Below are positions 50,705 through 64,000 of a stretch of DNA of 64,000 nucleotides, piece by piece. The translations under genes and the position numbers were made by a program. Each line of letters begins with the position of its first letter. Within the stretch, counting starts at the first letter, position 1. The DNA comes from Syncephalis fuscata S228 (taxonomy: Eukaryota; Fungi; Zoopagomycota), in contig JAHLTZ010000015.1 of NCBI GenBank assembly GCA_025786725.1, forward strand, positions 434,001 to 498,000, read 5' to 3'. The notes beneath the pieces were generated by a model. That model searched no databases, was not told where the DNA came from, and saw only the letters and a program-made list of their open reading frames with translations.

Positions 50705-53249
50705 ATGACTATGTCTATTGACGAGATTGCAGCACAAGCTGCTCTAGTTGGCATGGAAGCGGAGGTTAGAGAGCTTGCTCGATGGCTTGTAGGCTTTCAG
50801 CAACGTGTAGCCTTTTTTCGTCGTCAGCACCACAGCCGTTTATCGCAGCCATCAACATCTTTAACCATACCGTCGCTGCACCCAAGTGGTGGTCTTGTCA
50901 TGGGACAACCAGGCACGGGTAAAACGGCACTGGTACAAAGTGTAGCTGGTAAGTTAATAAATGACTGTGTAAAGCCTACTGATAATTCAATATTAATAGA
51001 GGCATCCAATCTACCGTTTATGACTATTGAGGCTCCCAATTTATTTCAAGCCAGTATGTTATTACTAGTACATCGTTGGCTATTGCTAATCATACTTATT
51101 AATGTTTTTATAATAGCCGAAGGAGAGAGTGAGCGACGATTAATACAGCAATTTATTCAACTGGCGACACAAAGTGATACGCTTGTTGCGCTGCTTATCA
51201 TTGAAGAGATTGATATTTTATCACCACCAGCAGATCGATATAAATCTGGTAATAGACAGAAATTGTATTAGTTGGTTGATTTACAAGTGAATTATATTTT
51301 GTAGATATTGAAACACGACTACTTCAAACCTTATTACGTTTAATTGATGAAGGTCTACCTGCAATAGATAGCAATGAATCATCATTTTCACCTGCTGCTT
51401 CCATTTTTATTATTGGTATTTAATTAAACATTCTGTATATTTAATAGCTAATTTATTCCAAAAGGTGTTACTAATCGACCAGAGGCAGTCAGTGCAGAGT
51501 TGACGCGTTCAGGCCGTCTTGATAGAAAGCTAGTGATGGGTCCACGACATCCTGAACAACGACAGTCTATTCTCTTTCAATTGACAAAACGTAAATAATA
51601 GCAGAAATAGTTGCCAAATAGTTTAAACAATCTAACTTAATTAAACTATTAGAATTACCATTTACAAACGATGAAAACCGAAGAATATTATGTCAAGAAA
51701 TGGCAAAACAGGCACATGGATTTGTAGCAGCCGATCTGGAACGACTATGCAACGAAGTAGCAAACGAATTAATACGCGATATTTCTGATACACCATCAGC
51801 TACGACAATGGTAATAATTATAACTAGCATAGTAGCTAATAGTTATGTTAATTACACTTATTCTTATATAGTCGATAGAAGATTTATCCTTATGGATTCG
51901 TGCTCTGAATAACGTTCAACCAGCCAATTTAAGTGGATTACAAACTAAAGTAAAAATATACATGTATTTTATTATAATCTATACTTATAATTGATTAGAT
52001 ACCCAATGTTACATTAACAGATCTATTTGGGCTTGATAACATTATTAAAGAGTTACAAGTAAGCTAATTATTAGAATTAATAATATTAATATTAATAAAG
52101 ATTACTAGAAAACTGTACTACGACCATTTAAACATCCAGAACATTACGCACAGTTCCAGGTTGATCCACCACGCGGTCTACTTATTCATGGACCTCCTGG
52201 TGTCGGTAAAACACTGCTTTGTTGTGCATTGGCTCGTGAGATTGGTATCAATTTTGTATGGGTTCAAGTAAGTTATTATTGCCTATTATTATTACTTATT
52301 AAAAACTTGATAATTACTATTACTATTACTATTAGGGAACACAAATACGCTCTATGATTGTCGGTGAATCGGAACGAGCATTAGCCAATTTATTTGCTCG
52401 TGCTCGGGCCAACGCACCTTGTATCCTATTTATTGACCAGGTAATTAAATAGCTACGTTTGTTTTACTTGCTATTATTATTAATATGTACGTATGTATGG
52501 CACGGTATACGTTAGATCGATGCACTTGTGCCCCGACGCGGCACATCATCGTCATCCGAAGGTACAGGAGATCGAATCGTTACTGGATTTCTAACGGGTA
52601 ATGACCGAGACATGTTGCATAATATTTAACTGACTACAATGTCGCTTATCGTAGAAATGGACGGGTTTTATACGAAACATCGCACATCAAATAGTGCAAT
52701 TCATCAAACTGTGCTCGTTTTAGCTGGTGAGTAATCAAACAATGATCAAAGATTAATATAAAGTATTTATTTATGACTATAACGAATGAATGAACAATGG
52801 TAGCTACAAGTCGACTAGAAACTATTGATCCAGCTATTCTACGACCTGGCCGACTTGATCAAACATTGCTATTCCAATGCCAAATGCCAAGGTAAATGAT
52901 AAGATTAATATGCAATTTAAGCAGATATTAACTTAATACAACTGTGCTATAGCAACGTCAGCAGATTCTACAAGGCAAACTTGCACGTATTCCTAACTGC
53001 GTTGATCCGGCCACAATTGACCGACTAGCTAATAACGATACAAATGGCTGTACAGGTAATAGATTGGTTAATATAAGCACTATAGCACTAGTTTATTAAT
53101 CTTTATTCATAGGTGCCGATCTTGATAATATCTGTCGTGAAGCAGCCATGCAATGTATACGCGAACACGCCGATGCAGCAGCATTAGTTAATGATGCGCA
53201 CCTACAACATGCTATCTCTATTTGTCGTCGTTCGCTAACAGCTAAATAA
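50705..53249 (+). CDS. Two-domain AAA+ ATPase of the CDC48/AFG2 superfamily lacking an N-domain
   Basis: Walker A GQPGTGKT and GPPGVGKT; TNRP...RSGRLD and TSRL..IDPAILRPGRLD; GFVAADL and GADLDNICREA; many short introns. Confidence 0.85.
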
Positions 53250-53556
53250 TATGGTTGATTGGCTAATGATTTATTAATTGCTATTTAATTCTTTTCAGTA
53301 TATTTACACACAGCAAATAAACACATATCAATTTGCTGCTTTCTTATTAAACAATCTATAAATACATATCTGTATTATTACAACCGACTTGGTATCGATG
53401 AATTATTTGATAAGAAGTCACTACCGTGTTTCTTCTCGTTCTATCTCCTATATTCTAAAAATGGGTGAGTGGTTTTACTTTTCTTTTTTCTTTTTTTATC
53501 ACTCAATCTGGCTTCCATGAGGTTCCACATGATTCGTGTTTTGTTGACAATCATGA

Positions 53557-53581
53557 CGAAAATGACAGAAGATGCTAGAAC
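53557..53581 (+). promoter_or_regulatory. Step-type heat shock element upstream of HSP70; TATA box TATAAAA at 53655-53661
   Basis: GAA at 53558, 53568 and 53578 (and GAC at 53588), exactly 10 bp apart, matching nGAAn-N5-nGAAn-N5-nGAAn. Confidence 0.6.
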
Positions 53582-53786
53582 ATTTTCGACCTTCCTGCTT
53601 GGTGATTGCATGCAAAACTGCAAAACCGACTCGCAGTTTTTTTTTATGTTTTCCTATAAAACGACCAATAGCCAGTACGCATAGCGTTGTTTTCTGTGGT
53701 TTTTTTTGTTTTTAGCCTCCATTGCTAGTTACTTACTATCTCCCGTGTACGCGAACACTTACGTTTGTACGTTATATCTCTAAATC

Positions 53787-55841
53787 ATGTCTGAAGGAAA
53801 AGCCGTCGGTATCGATCTCGGTACCACCTACTCTTGCGTCGGTGTCTGGCAAAATGACCGTGTTGGTAAGTGATCACTAGCATATGTTGTGCTGATCTCG
53901 GTGTATGCACCTAATTACTGAATATATGCTAACTCATTCGCCTATTTTTGCTTTTACTTTATAGAAATCATTGCCAACGACCAAGGTAACCGCACTACCC
54001 CATCCTACGTCGGTTTCACCGACACTGAACGTCTCATTGGTGATGCCGCCAAGAATCAGGTCGCCATGAACCCACACAACACCGTATTCGACGCTAAGCG
54101 TTTGATCGGTCGTCGTTTTGATGACGCTGAAGTACAGTCCGATATGAAGCACTGGTCATTCAAGGTCGTCGACAGCGCAACCAAGCCAGTCATCCAAGTT
54201 GAATACAAGGGTGAGACCAAGACCTTTACGCCAGAGGAAATCTCCTCCATGGTTCTTCTTAAGATGCGTGAAACCGCTGAGGCTTTCCTCGGTACTGACG
54301 TCAAGAACGCCGTTGTCACCGTTCCAGCCTACTTCAACGACTCTCAACGTCAGGCTACCAAGGATGCCGGTACCATTGCTGGTTTGAATGTACTCCGTAT
54401 CATTAACGAGCCAACCGCCGCTGCTATCGCCTACGGTCTTGACAAGAAGACTGCTGGTGAAAAGAACGTCCTTATTTTCGATCTTGGTGGTGGTACTTTC
54501 GATGTGTCCCTTTTGACCATTGAAGAAGGTATCTTTGAAGTCAAGGCCACCGCTGGTGACACTCACTTGGGTGGTGAAGATTTCGATAACCGTCTTGTCA
54601 GCCATTTCACCCAAGAATTCAAGCGCAAGTTCAAGAAGGATTTGTCCTCCAATGCACGTGCTCTACGTCGTCTCCGCACTGCTTGTGAACGTGCTAAGCG
54701 CTCGCTTTCATCTGCTGCCCAGACCAACATTGAAATCGACTCGTTGTTCGAAGGTATTGACTTCTACACCTCCATTACTCGTGCCCGTTTCGAAGAACTC
54801 AACCAGGATCTTTTCCGCTCCACCATGGAGCCAGTTGAGAAGGTTCTACGTGACTCTAAGATCGATAAGGCTGCTGTCCACGAAATCGTCCTTGTCGGTG
54901 GCTCTACTCGTATTCCAAAGATCCAAAAGATGGTCAGCGAATACTTCAACAACAAGGAGCCAAACAAGTCCATCAATCCAGATGAGGCTGTTGCCTATGG
55001 TGCTGCTGTCCAAGCTGCCATTCTTTCCGGTGACACATCCGAAAAGACCCAAGACTTGCTTTTGCTCGATGTCTCCCCACTTTCCTTGGGTATTGAAACT
55101 GCTGGCGGTGTCATGACTCCTTTGATCAAGCGTAACACCACTGTACCTACCAAGAAGTCTGAAATCTTCTCTACCTACTCTGATAACCAACCTGGTGTGC
55201 TTATCCAAGTCTACGAAGGTGAGCGTGCCCGTACCAAGGACAACAACATGTTGGGCAAGTTCGAGCTTTCTGGCATTCCACCTGCTCCACGTGGTGTACC
55301 ACAAATCGAAGTTGTATTCGATATTGATGCCAACGGTATCTTGAACGTATCTGCCAGCGATAAGACTACTGGCCGTACCAACCAAATTACCATCACCAAC
55401 GACAAGGGCCGTCTTTCCAAGGAAGACATCGAACGCATGGTGTCCGATGCCGAGAAATACAAGGCTGAAGATGAAGCCGCTGCTGCTCGTATCTCTGCCA
55501 AGAACTCCTACGAATCGTATGCCTACAACCTCCGCAACTCGATGCAAGACGAGAAGGTCGGTGGCAAGCTCGATGCTGCTGATAAGCAGAAGTTGACCAA
55601 GGTCATCGATGAGGCCATCAACTGGTTGGATGACAACCAAGAGGCCGACAAGGAGGAATACGAGTCCCGTCAAAAGGAGCTCGAGGAGGCTGCCAACCCA
55701 ATCATGATGAAGTTGTACCAACAGGCTGGTGGTGCTCCAGGCGGTGCCCCAGGTGGCTTCCCAGGCGGCTTCCCAGGTGCCGGCGGTGCTGCTCCTGATG
55801 CCGGTGGCGACAGCGGTCCAACGATCGAGGAGGTCGACTAA
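53787..55841 (+). CDS. HSP70: Cytosolic Hsp70 (SSA-type); one intron 53866-53964
   Basis: [39 protein letters not shown], GGxP repeats and terminal GPTIEEVD; strong codon bias. Confidence 0.98.
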
Positions 55842-56403
55842 GTCGTATGACTTTCTATTCTACTAATGCACATTGTTTATGTTGCTGCGACTGATATTTT
55901 GCGTACAATTATACTTTTTATTGAGCTAAATTGTGTAAATAATCATCAGCACGCGCGACAATAGCAATGTGCAATGCAGTTTCTTCTTTCGCTTTCATTT
56001 TCTCATTGTCCCCTATACCAAAAATACCATATACTCTGAGATTCGGTGTCTTTCCTATTGCTGTATTCCTCAAAATAGTATATTTGTCTATCGTCGCTTG
56101 TTTACACGTATAAAATTGACACACTTTAAACAATGCAAATATACAACAATGCACGTGTACCATGTAAAACTAATGTGTCTAATGCTAATGGTTATTTTAA
56201 TATAACTATCACACATCTGATTTATATTATTAATACTACTACATTTAACATTTATGACATTATAATCATGTTTTAGTAGCTATGAAATTAATTTATATAT
56301 TGCAAATTAGGATTTCAAACTTTATCCTCTTAATTAGCTAAACATAAATGATACAAACAAATGAATAAACAAAAATGTATAATATTAACAATAAAAAATG
56401 GTG

Positions 56404-59400
56404 TATTTATATAAGTAAATACAGTCAAGCATACAATAATTAACTGGTAATAAAGATAGTTTTATTAATAAAGATTGGTTAACATAATGAACAAATTAAA
56501 GAAGCTACCTAAATAATAATGGTAAAGCTATAGTGTATATAATAGAGCGACTGAAGGAACAAGAATATTTAGTGCTTATAATAAATACTGTCGATAAAGA
56601 ATGAATACGCAATAAGGAAAGTATGAATAACGGCATTAAAGCTACAAAGTAAAATAAACAAAAAGTTAAAGTGTATAACGAGGCTGGCACTAACGGATAC
56701 TAGTGTTGAATAAAGCAAGATCAAGTAAACATAAAGCAGTATATAATAAATTAAACACACAATGAAAAGGATATGGATATTGGTGGTAAAGCTGAAGTGT
56801 ATATGAGTGCGCAAGTGATAATACAAGCTGAAATTAGTATTAATAGATCTTGATTTAAAAAATAATAATCTGAATAGAGAAAGATCAGGCGAGAATAAAA
56901 ATAGTATATATTAGAACGAATACACAATGGAAAGTTTACGAATAACTGTGTTGAAGCTTAATATACAGTCTTAACAAGTAGAATAAATGGTGTTGTATGT
57001 TTCTGATTTAAAGATGCTAAGATGGTCAAGCAATGCTTTATTATACAGCTATCCTATAGCTTTAGTATTTGATGCTTGTTAATACTTATATTAATGCTTA
57101 AAATACTGTAATTTGGTTGTATAATAGTAAATAAATAAGCAAACTACACAGCTGCCGTTAATTACCACAACTAAAATATAATAAACTAAATAGCTGCACG
57201 GCACTAAAGAAAAATAAAATGGAACTACAGCTAATGGCTTTTATTAATAATAAATAAGCTAATGCTTTATAAAAGATACAAACAATAATAGATTTTCAAT
57301 GATTTGTACTATTTCATTATTAGTGTAAAGCTATTAGTGAACTACAATGATATATCAATAATTAACAAGTACTTACTGGCTATATTTTGTGCTAATTGTT
57401 TACTGCCATTAATATTATATATAATACACTTACCACTCTTGCAACTACTTACATGCGTTCTTATGATGCATTTCATAGTCCAGCTATTATAAAAAACGAC
57501 TATAATATTAGACAGTAACAATATGACCAATGCAAAAGGGTAATTTTTATTTCTAATAGAGATAATCACAGCAAAAACATATTAAATTTATTTCAAATAT
57601 TTTAAAATAAAGATAAAACGTTAGTTTGTAAATTTTACGGTATTTTAGACTGTACATACATAGCATAGAGGCAACTATTAGTAAAACATACTGTAGGTAT
57701 ATTGCATAACCATGTATTGGTTGTGATAGTAAGTTAATAAATGTACAAAATAGCAGTTTTTTATGAATTATGACTTGTATAACTAAGATGCAGCAAAATG
57801 ATTGTCTGATTTGAGTTTTCCATGCTTAGTTATACAGATTGGCATGATTTATAAAACATTGATTTTGCAAAAAAACGGACCAAAAATGCGATTTACGTGC
57901 TATTAATTTACTTAGTAAGACATTACAATGATCATGTGTACCTTTACGTATAATAAAGCAAACTGCATGACATTTTGTACAAGTATACTTATAATACATA
58001 GGTAGCTATTGACAAAGTATACTGTAATTGTATTGAGTGATGGAGCAATGGCTGTGATGACATGCTAATAATTGTGTAAAAATAGCAGTTTTTTACTATT
58101 CATGGCCTATATAACTAAGATGCAGCAAAATGATTGTCGAATTCGAGTTCTTCATGCTTAGCTGTATCGTTTGATATAATTTATAAAAATGATTTTGTAA
58201 CAAAAGTTAGTCAAAAGTGCGATTTGCGTGTAAATAGTTAACGGAAAGTAATCATATTACATAATTCTAGAGATCTTAACATAAATGTGAAGTTTAATCT
58301 TAAGTAAATTCAAGGCACTCTACAATACTAAACAAACATAATAGTAAGTTAATATGCAGAAATATCATTGCATATTAGCAAGTTACACCATCTATATACA
58401 TATGCGTAAGTTTTCATTAACTATTTACACGCAAATCGCACTTTTGACTAACTTTTGTTACAAAATCATTTTCTACAAATTATACCAAACGATACAGCTA
58501 AGCATGAAGAACTCGAATTCGACAATCATTTTGCTGCATCTTAGTTATATAGGCCATGAATAGTAAAAAACTGCTATTTTTACACAATTATTAGCATATC
58601 ATCACAGCCATTGCTCCATCGCTCAATACAATTACAGTATACTTTGTCAATAGCTACCTATGTATTATAAGTATACTTGTACAAAATGTCATGCAGTTTG
58701 CTTTATTATACGTAAAGGTACACATGATCATTGTAATGTCTTACTAAGTAAATTAATAGCACGTAAATCGCATTTTTGGTCCGTTTTTTTGCAAAATCAA
58801 TGTTTTATAAATCATGCCAATCTGTATAACTAAGCATGGAAAACTCAAATCAGACAATCATTTTGCTGCATCTTAGTTATACAAGTCATAATTCATAAAA
58901 AACTGCTATTTTGTACATTTATTAACTTACTATCACAACCAATACATGGTTATGCAATATACCTACAGTATGTTTTACTAATAGTTGCCTCTATGCTATG
59001 TATGTACAGTCTAAAAACCGTAAAATTTACAAACTAACGTTTTATTTTATTTTAAAATATTTGAAATAAATTTAATATGTTTTTGCTGTGATTATCTCTA
59101 TTAGAAATAAAAATTACCCTTTTGCATTGGTCATATTGTTACTGTCTAATATTATAGTCGTTTTTTATAATAGCTGGACTATGAAATGCATCATAAGAAC
59201 GCATGTAAGTAGTTGCAAGAGTGGTAAGTGTATTATATATAATATTAATGGCAGTAAACAATTAGCACAAAATATAGCCAGTAAGTACTTGTTAATTATT
59301 GATATATCATTGTAGTTCAACTAATAGCTTTACACTAATAATGAAATAGTACAAATCATTGAAAATCTATTATTGTTTGTATCTTTTATAAAGCATTAGC

Positions 59401-60255
59401 TTATTTATTATTAATAAAAGCCATTAGCTGTAGTTCCATTTTATTTTTCTTTAGTGCCGTGCAGCTATTTAGTTTATTATATTTTAGTTGTGGTAATTAA
59501 CGGCAGCTGTGTAGTTTGCTTATTTATTTACTATTATACAACCAAATTACAGTATTTTAAGCATTAATATAAGTATTAACAAGCATCAAATACTAAAGCT
59601 ATAGGATAGCTGTATAATAAAGCATTGCTTGACCATCTTAGCATCTTTAAATCAGAAACATACAACACCATTTATTCTACTTGTTAAGACTGTATATTAA
59701 GCTTCAACACAGTTATTCGTAAACTTTCCATTGTGTATTCGTTCTAATATATACTATTTTTATTCTCGCCTGATCTTTCTCTATTCAGATTATTATTTTT
59801 TAAATCAAGATCTATTAATACTAATTTCAGCTTGTATTATTCACTTGCGCACTCATATACACTTCAGCTTTACCACCAATATCCATATCCTTTTCATTGT
59901 GTGTTTAATTTATTATATACTGCTTTATGTTTACTTGATCTTGCTTTATTCAACACTAGTATCCGTTAGTGCCAGCCTCGTTATACACTTTAACTTTTTG
60001 TTTATTTTACTTTGTAGCTTTAATGCCGTTATTCATACTTTCCTTATTGCGTATTCATTCTTTATCGACTGTATTTATTATAAGCACTAAATATTCTTGT
60101 TCCTTCAGTCGCTCTATTATATACACTATAGCTTTACCATTATTATTTAGGTAGCTTCTTTAATTTGTTCATTATGTTAACCAATCTTTATTAATAAAAC
60201 TATCTTTATTACCAGTTAATTATTGTATGCTTGACTGTATTTACTTATATAAATA
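56404..60255. repeat. Long near-perfect inverted repeat (palindrome copy 2): arms 56404-58241 and 58417-60255 (~1.84 kb), spacer 175 bp; core homologous to copy 1
   Basis: Identical spurious ORFs on opposite strands (57342-57569 minus and 59088-59315 plus; 56505-56690 minus and 59969-60154 plus). Ends TATTTATATAAGTAAATACAGTC and GACTGTATTTACTTATATAAATA. Confidence 0.97.
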
Positions 60256-60365
60256 AATGTGCTGTAGTTATAATAGAACTTATTAATATGAAATAATAAA
60301 TATAGTAAAAATAGATGGTGTTTACCATACATTTATTTAAAATGCGATGAAGTAATATCACCTAA

Positions 60366-63300
60366 TTAAAAGGTAAAGCGATGACTTTTCAAATGATACT
60401 GAAAACTGGATACAATCAAAGACGATAAATTAGAATGCTCGTTTGTATTATTAGCAGTAGCAAACAATTGTGACAGACGTTGTAAAGCAAGTGTATCCGA
60501 AATACATACGCGTGTATAAGCGTTTAATTCGGCTAATCGACTATCATACCACCATGAAGGCATACTTGTCGTATCTGTCGCCACCTTCTTTCTATTTATC
60601 AGCCAACTACGAGCCTCAGCAATCGTATTACGAGCTGTATTTAACGCAGATCGGCCAGTATTAACCATACCATCAATCTAATTACATTTAATAAATATGT
60701 TAACAATGATTAGGTAATGTGTGTTACTCCTATAACTTACCGAAATATCCAAAAGCTCAGCGATATTCTCCCGAAACTCGTTAGCATCGACAGCTGGCGG
60801 CGAGGTAACATGGCCAAACACACGGAAACGATAAGCAAATCTTACATGCTCTTGATCATAAGAGCCACACGTTGTTTTTAATAAACCAAGCTTATACGAA
60901 CCAGCTAATAGCTATATAATGTAGTTAGTTAAATAGTTTATTAATCATTGTAACAGCCTAATTACCAATAAAAATCCTAAATTCATATTCTCATGTATAT
61001 TTGAAATCGCATAAATATGTCGGACTAGACCAGAATCAATGGTGGTATGCCCTTTACCTAATAGTATACAATTTAGTTATCATATTACACAACAACGATT
61101 AATTACCATTAGATCGTTCAAGTAAATCAATCATGGCCGAAAGATTTCTATTACGTTTGAATATCAATTGATAAATATACCTAATAGATTGCAGTTATTA
61201 ATATGTGTGCTACTATTATAAACCATTAACCAACCAATTAATCATTAAATATTCATGCTGTCCATAAACATCAAGCTTAAAACCAGCCATTAACATTTCG
61301 CACATCAGCGTTAATTTCTCATGATAAGTCCATGCTGTAAGAAAACCGATATCCTACACTAGATGGTAAACAACGCTAAACAATTATTTTAATCGCTATA
61401 TACCTGATGCTGCTTTTTAGCATTCTGACTATTCTGCCATTCTGTATCTAATTTTTCGGCCTTATTGCCATTCAGTAAATAACACTATTTAGCAAATAGT
61501 AATAGTAATTACCTCAGTTTGTAGCATATCCCACTCAATAATAAGTTTGCTAAATGTGCGAGGTTGTCTTGATTGATTTTGGCATCGTGCTTTTAATGTT
61601 TCCTTAACTATCTAATAATGAAATAATAATAGATATAAATAAATATGATACTCTAAACAAACTGTCTTACTGTAGTAGCTTGTTCCAAAAACTTGCCACA
61701 TTGTATAGTCTGCCGATTAGTGTGCACGGCCATTGATTTAATAAAAGTAAAAACATAATCCTTTGGCAAAGATACAAATGCGCTAACAAGATCTCGAACA
61801 AATGGCTTATCAACGGGTAGCGTGTTATATAATCGAAAACTATCAGTAATAAGAGTCTACCAATAGCAATAGTAATAATAAATAAATAAACAAGTATTTA
61901 ACGCTATAATTCTACATTATTAACTTACTAATAGCTTTGAACGAACAAATGGCGAAGGTGTTAATGCACTAAATGCAGGTAAAGTAGTCTATAGATTTAT
62001 TAATATATATATATATATAATTCACATATTGTATTACTGACCCAAAGTGCTGATGCTGATTCGAGTGAGGCCATACTACACGCATAATCAAGCTGAAGTA
62101 AGCTTTTACACAAAAACTCTTTGGCCTAAATCAATTATTTAGTTAGCCTATTTCTATCAAACTACCATTACGCACCTCAGCTGGACTGGGTAAAGTAATT
62201 GGACGTGGTGGTGCTTGACAATTCAATTGTCGATGAATATGCGAGTCAAAGGCTAGATTATTTACAACCATTAGTATCATTCTCGGTGTACTTATTGTAG
62301 TTGCTGTATTTACCAAATGAAACATCTTCATCAGTGGATAATGGCTGTACTCGTTCCAATGCTTGGTGGGCTAGTTGTAACTCACGCTGAATAGATTCAT
62401 ATCTAATACCAGCTCGGGATATCATATCCAATTGAGCTAGACTTGCTAGAAAGTGCTAGAAAATATAGTTAATTACATAATCCATATTAATACATTTAAT
62501 TATTTACTTGTCTAAACTGTAATCTATTCAATACTCCATTAATTAAATCCAGTTCTGCATTTGAGGTCGTTTCTGTTTCCTCGTATTTACTAATAATCAA
62601 TTTCCAATTATGTCCTGCCTTTTCCAATAATTGAATTCCTTTGAATGGTGCTGCGTCATGTTGAAATGACACACCAAAACTGCTACAACTAAAATCTTCC
62701 TCCTATTCTACATTAACACCATACTTTTTATAATCCGTACTATTATACTTACTTCATATATATTGCCTTGTGACATTTCTCGTAAAATCAATCGATAACA
62801 CTCAATAAGACCCATCACATAAGTAATTAGTGTTTGATGAGCATGCAATATTCTTTCCGATGTAGGTATCGATGGCCATGCACCATGAACATCATAGTTG
62901 GTCTCGCTAAAAGGTTCTTTTAGACTATTCGTATGCATTACATACAAGCTAGTAAATAGAGTTTGTGCTAGCGTATTACCCGATAACCAACTCGTCTATG
63001 ATAAACATATTATTAGTTTATACTTGTATCAATTAAATACACTTGTACTTACCTCCAGCACCATTAAATGATCCAACACTGCTATCAATTGAGATAAATC
63101 ACCTGATAACAATGGTGTATTGATATCAAATATAGGAGACGTATCTGTTGTTGTTGTCTCTATAGCTGTTGTATTCAACGCCATTCCCGTGTCCATCTTG
63201 GGATTCATAATCTTTTCATAATATTTGTATTATTAATCGCTTCTTATTTCATATTAATTACGATCTACTTACCACTACAGTACTCATAATATCCCATAGT

Positions 63301-63577
63301 GACAATCCCTTTTCAATGATCAATTCACCAATATCAAGTTCTATATACTCAGTTTAATAATGACGCGATATTAATTCATTTACTTTATTACCTTTTGTAG
63401 CTGTAGACAATAGGTCCGTAACATCTTATATGTATCGTTTGATAGAGCCACGGTGGCTGCTTCATTCTTTGATATTGAAGATGGTCCCGCGACTATCTCT
63501 TTATCTGTCCCTACTGAAAGTTGCTCTAAATTCAATTCTTCTACATTAAATGTTGGACGGTTCGGTGTTTCTGCCAT
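60366..63577 (-). CDS. MAK10: NatC N-acetyltransferase auxiliary subunit, many introns
   Basis: ELDIGELI...IMSTVV|IMNPKMDTGM, WLSGNTLAQTLFTSLY, NIYE|EEDF, PSPFVRS, QNQSRQPR, HVRFAYRFRVF...PP. Confidence 0.88.
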
Positions 63578-64000
63578 TCTAGTTATACTATTCTTCACAG
63601 TCCACAGGTAACTGTATCGTAATTGTACAAGTGGTTGGAAATAAAGACGAGACAAGAAAAGCAAAATCTATTCTATGTCGAAAGGAGCGTATCATTTTCC
63701 TATCTCTCCCTCGCCTTCTTTCACTTTACCTCATTCGTTACTCTTAACTCTTGTGCCATTATTTGTCATTGTTTATACTGCTATTAATAGTAAGGGCAAT
63801 ACTGCGACAATAGTTTTATTAGAATATTGTAAATATTTAAGGGATGGCGCGTTCTATTGATCCCACTTCTACTACGACTACTACCACAATAGACCACAAG
63901 CTATTAGATGCCCATTTGGACTTCAGTGTACGAACAGCATCCCATACCGCTCGAGAATACGTAGTTACTTCAAAAGCACCATTTATAGGTATTGTTGATG

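Noticed and set aside
54156-55721. Long antisense ORFs (291 aa and 152 aa) opposite HSP70
   Set aside because: Well-known by-product of strong codon bias in HSP70 genes; no independent evidence of expression.
11242-55841. Proteostasis gene cluster (UFD1, HSF, AAA ATPase, HSP70) or NAT cluster (NAA40, MAK10)
   Set aside because: The genes are far apart and interspersed with unrelated housekeeping genes; chance is sufficient.
56505-60154. Duplicated hydrophobic ORFs in the palindrome arms
   Set aside because: AT-rich chance ORFs mirrored by the inverted repeat; no motifs, and mostly non-ATG starts.

Overview
AT-rich, intron-rich eukaryotic DNA from an early-diverging fungus. Short 50-100 nt introns and lineage-type F-box and 7TM genes suggest a Zoopagomycota such as Syncephalis; this is inference. 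Housekeeping genes: Rib2-type deaminase, UFD1-like, BCAT, dolichol kinase, Csm3/Swi3, HSF, a four-module Ash1-like zinc-finger protein, a KH/FUBP-like protein, NAA40, class-2 DHODH, RPF2, Ede1-like EH protein, a two-domain AAA ATPase, cytosolic HSP70 and MAK10/NAA35. Main discovery, absent from the ORF track: the ~81-bp 'tandem repeat' at 40.8-41.7 kb is a stack of duplicated spliceosomal introns, each followed by a variable 3-nt micro-exon. Joined to a signal-peptide exon at 42092-41999, the 17 exons (fourteen 3-nt, one 15-nt) give a 51-aa secreted, Kex2-site-rich precursor, MKLFIAVVCTVLVALVASTAMVDAKPTLVRR-AVAPLAKR-ALDRR-GPRPATI. Any exon-skipping combination stays in frame and stop-free. Second discovery: two related long palindromes (1.4 kb and 3.85 kb) share a ~175-bp central spacer, and their arms are homogenised within each copy. 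Other oddities are frequent GC-AG introns, a natural Walker-B E-to-Q AAA ATPase, and scattered single-base frameshifts that may be assembly errors.
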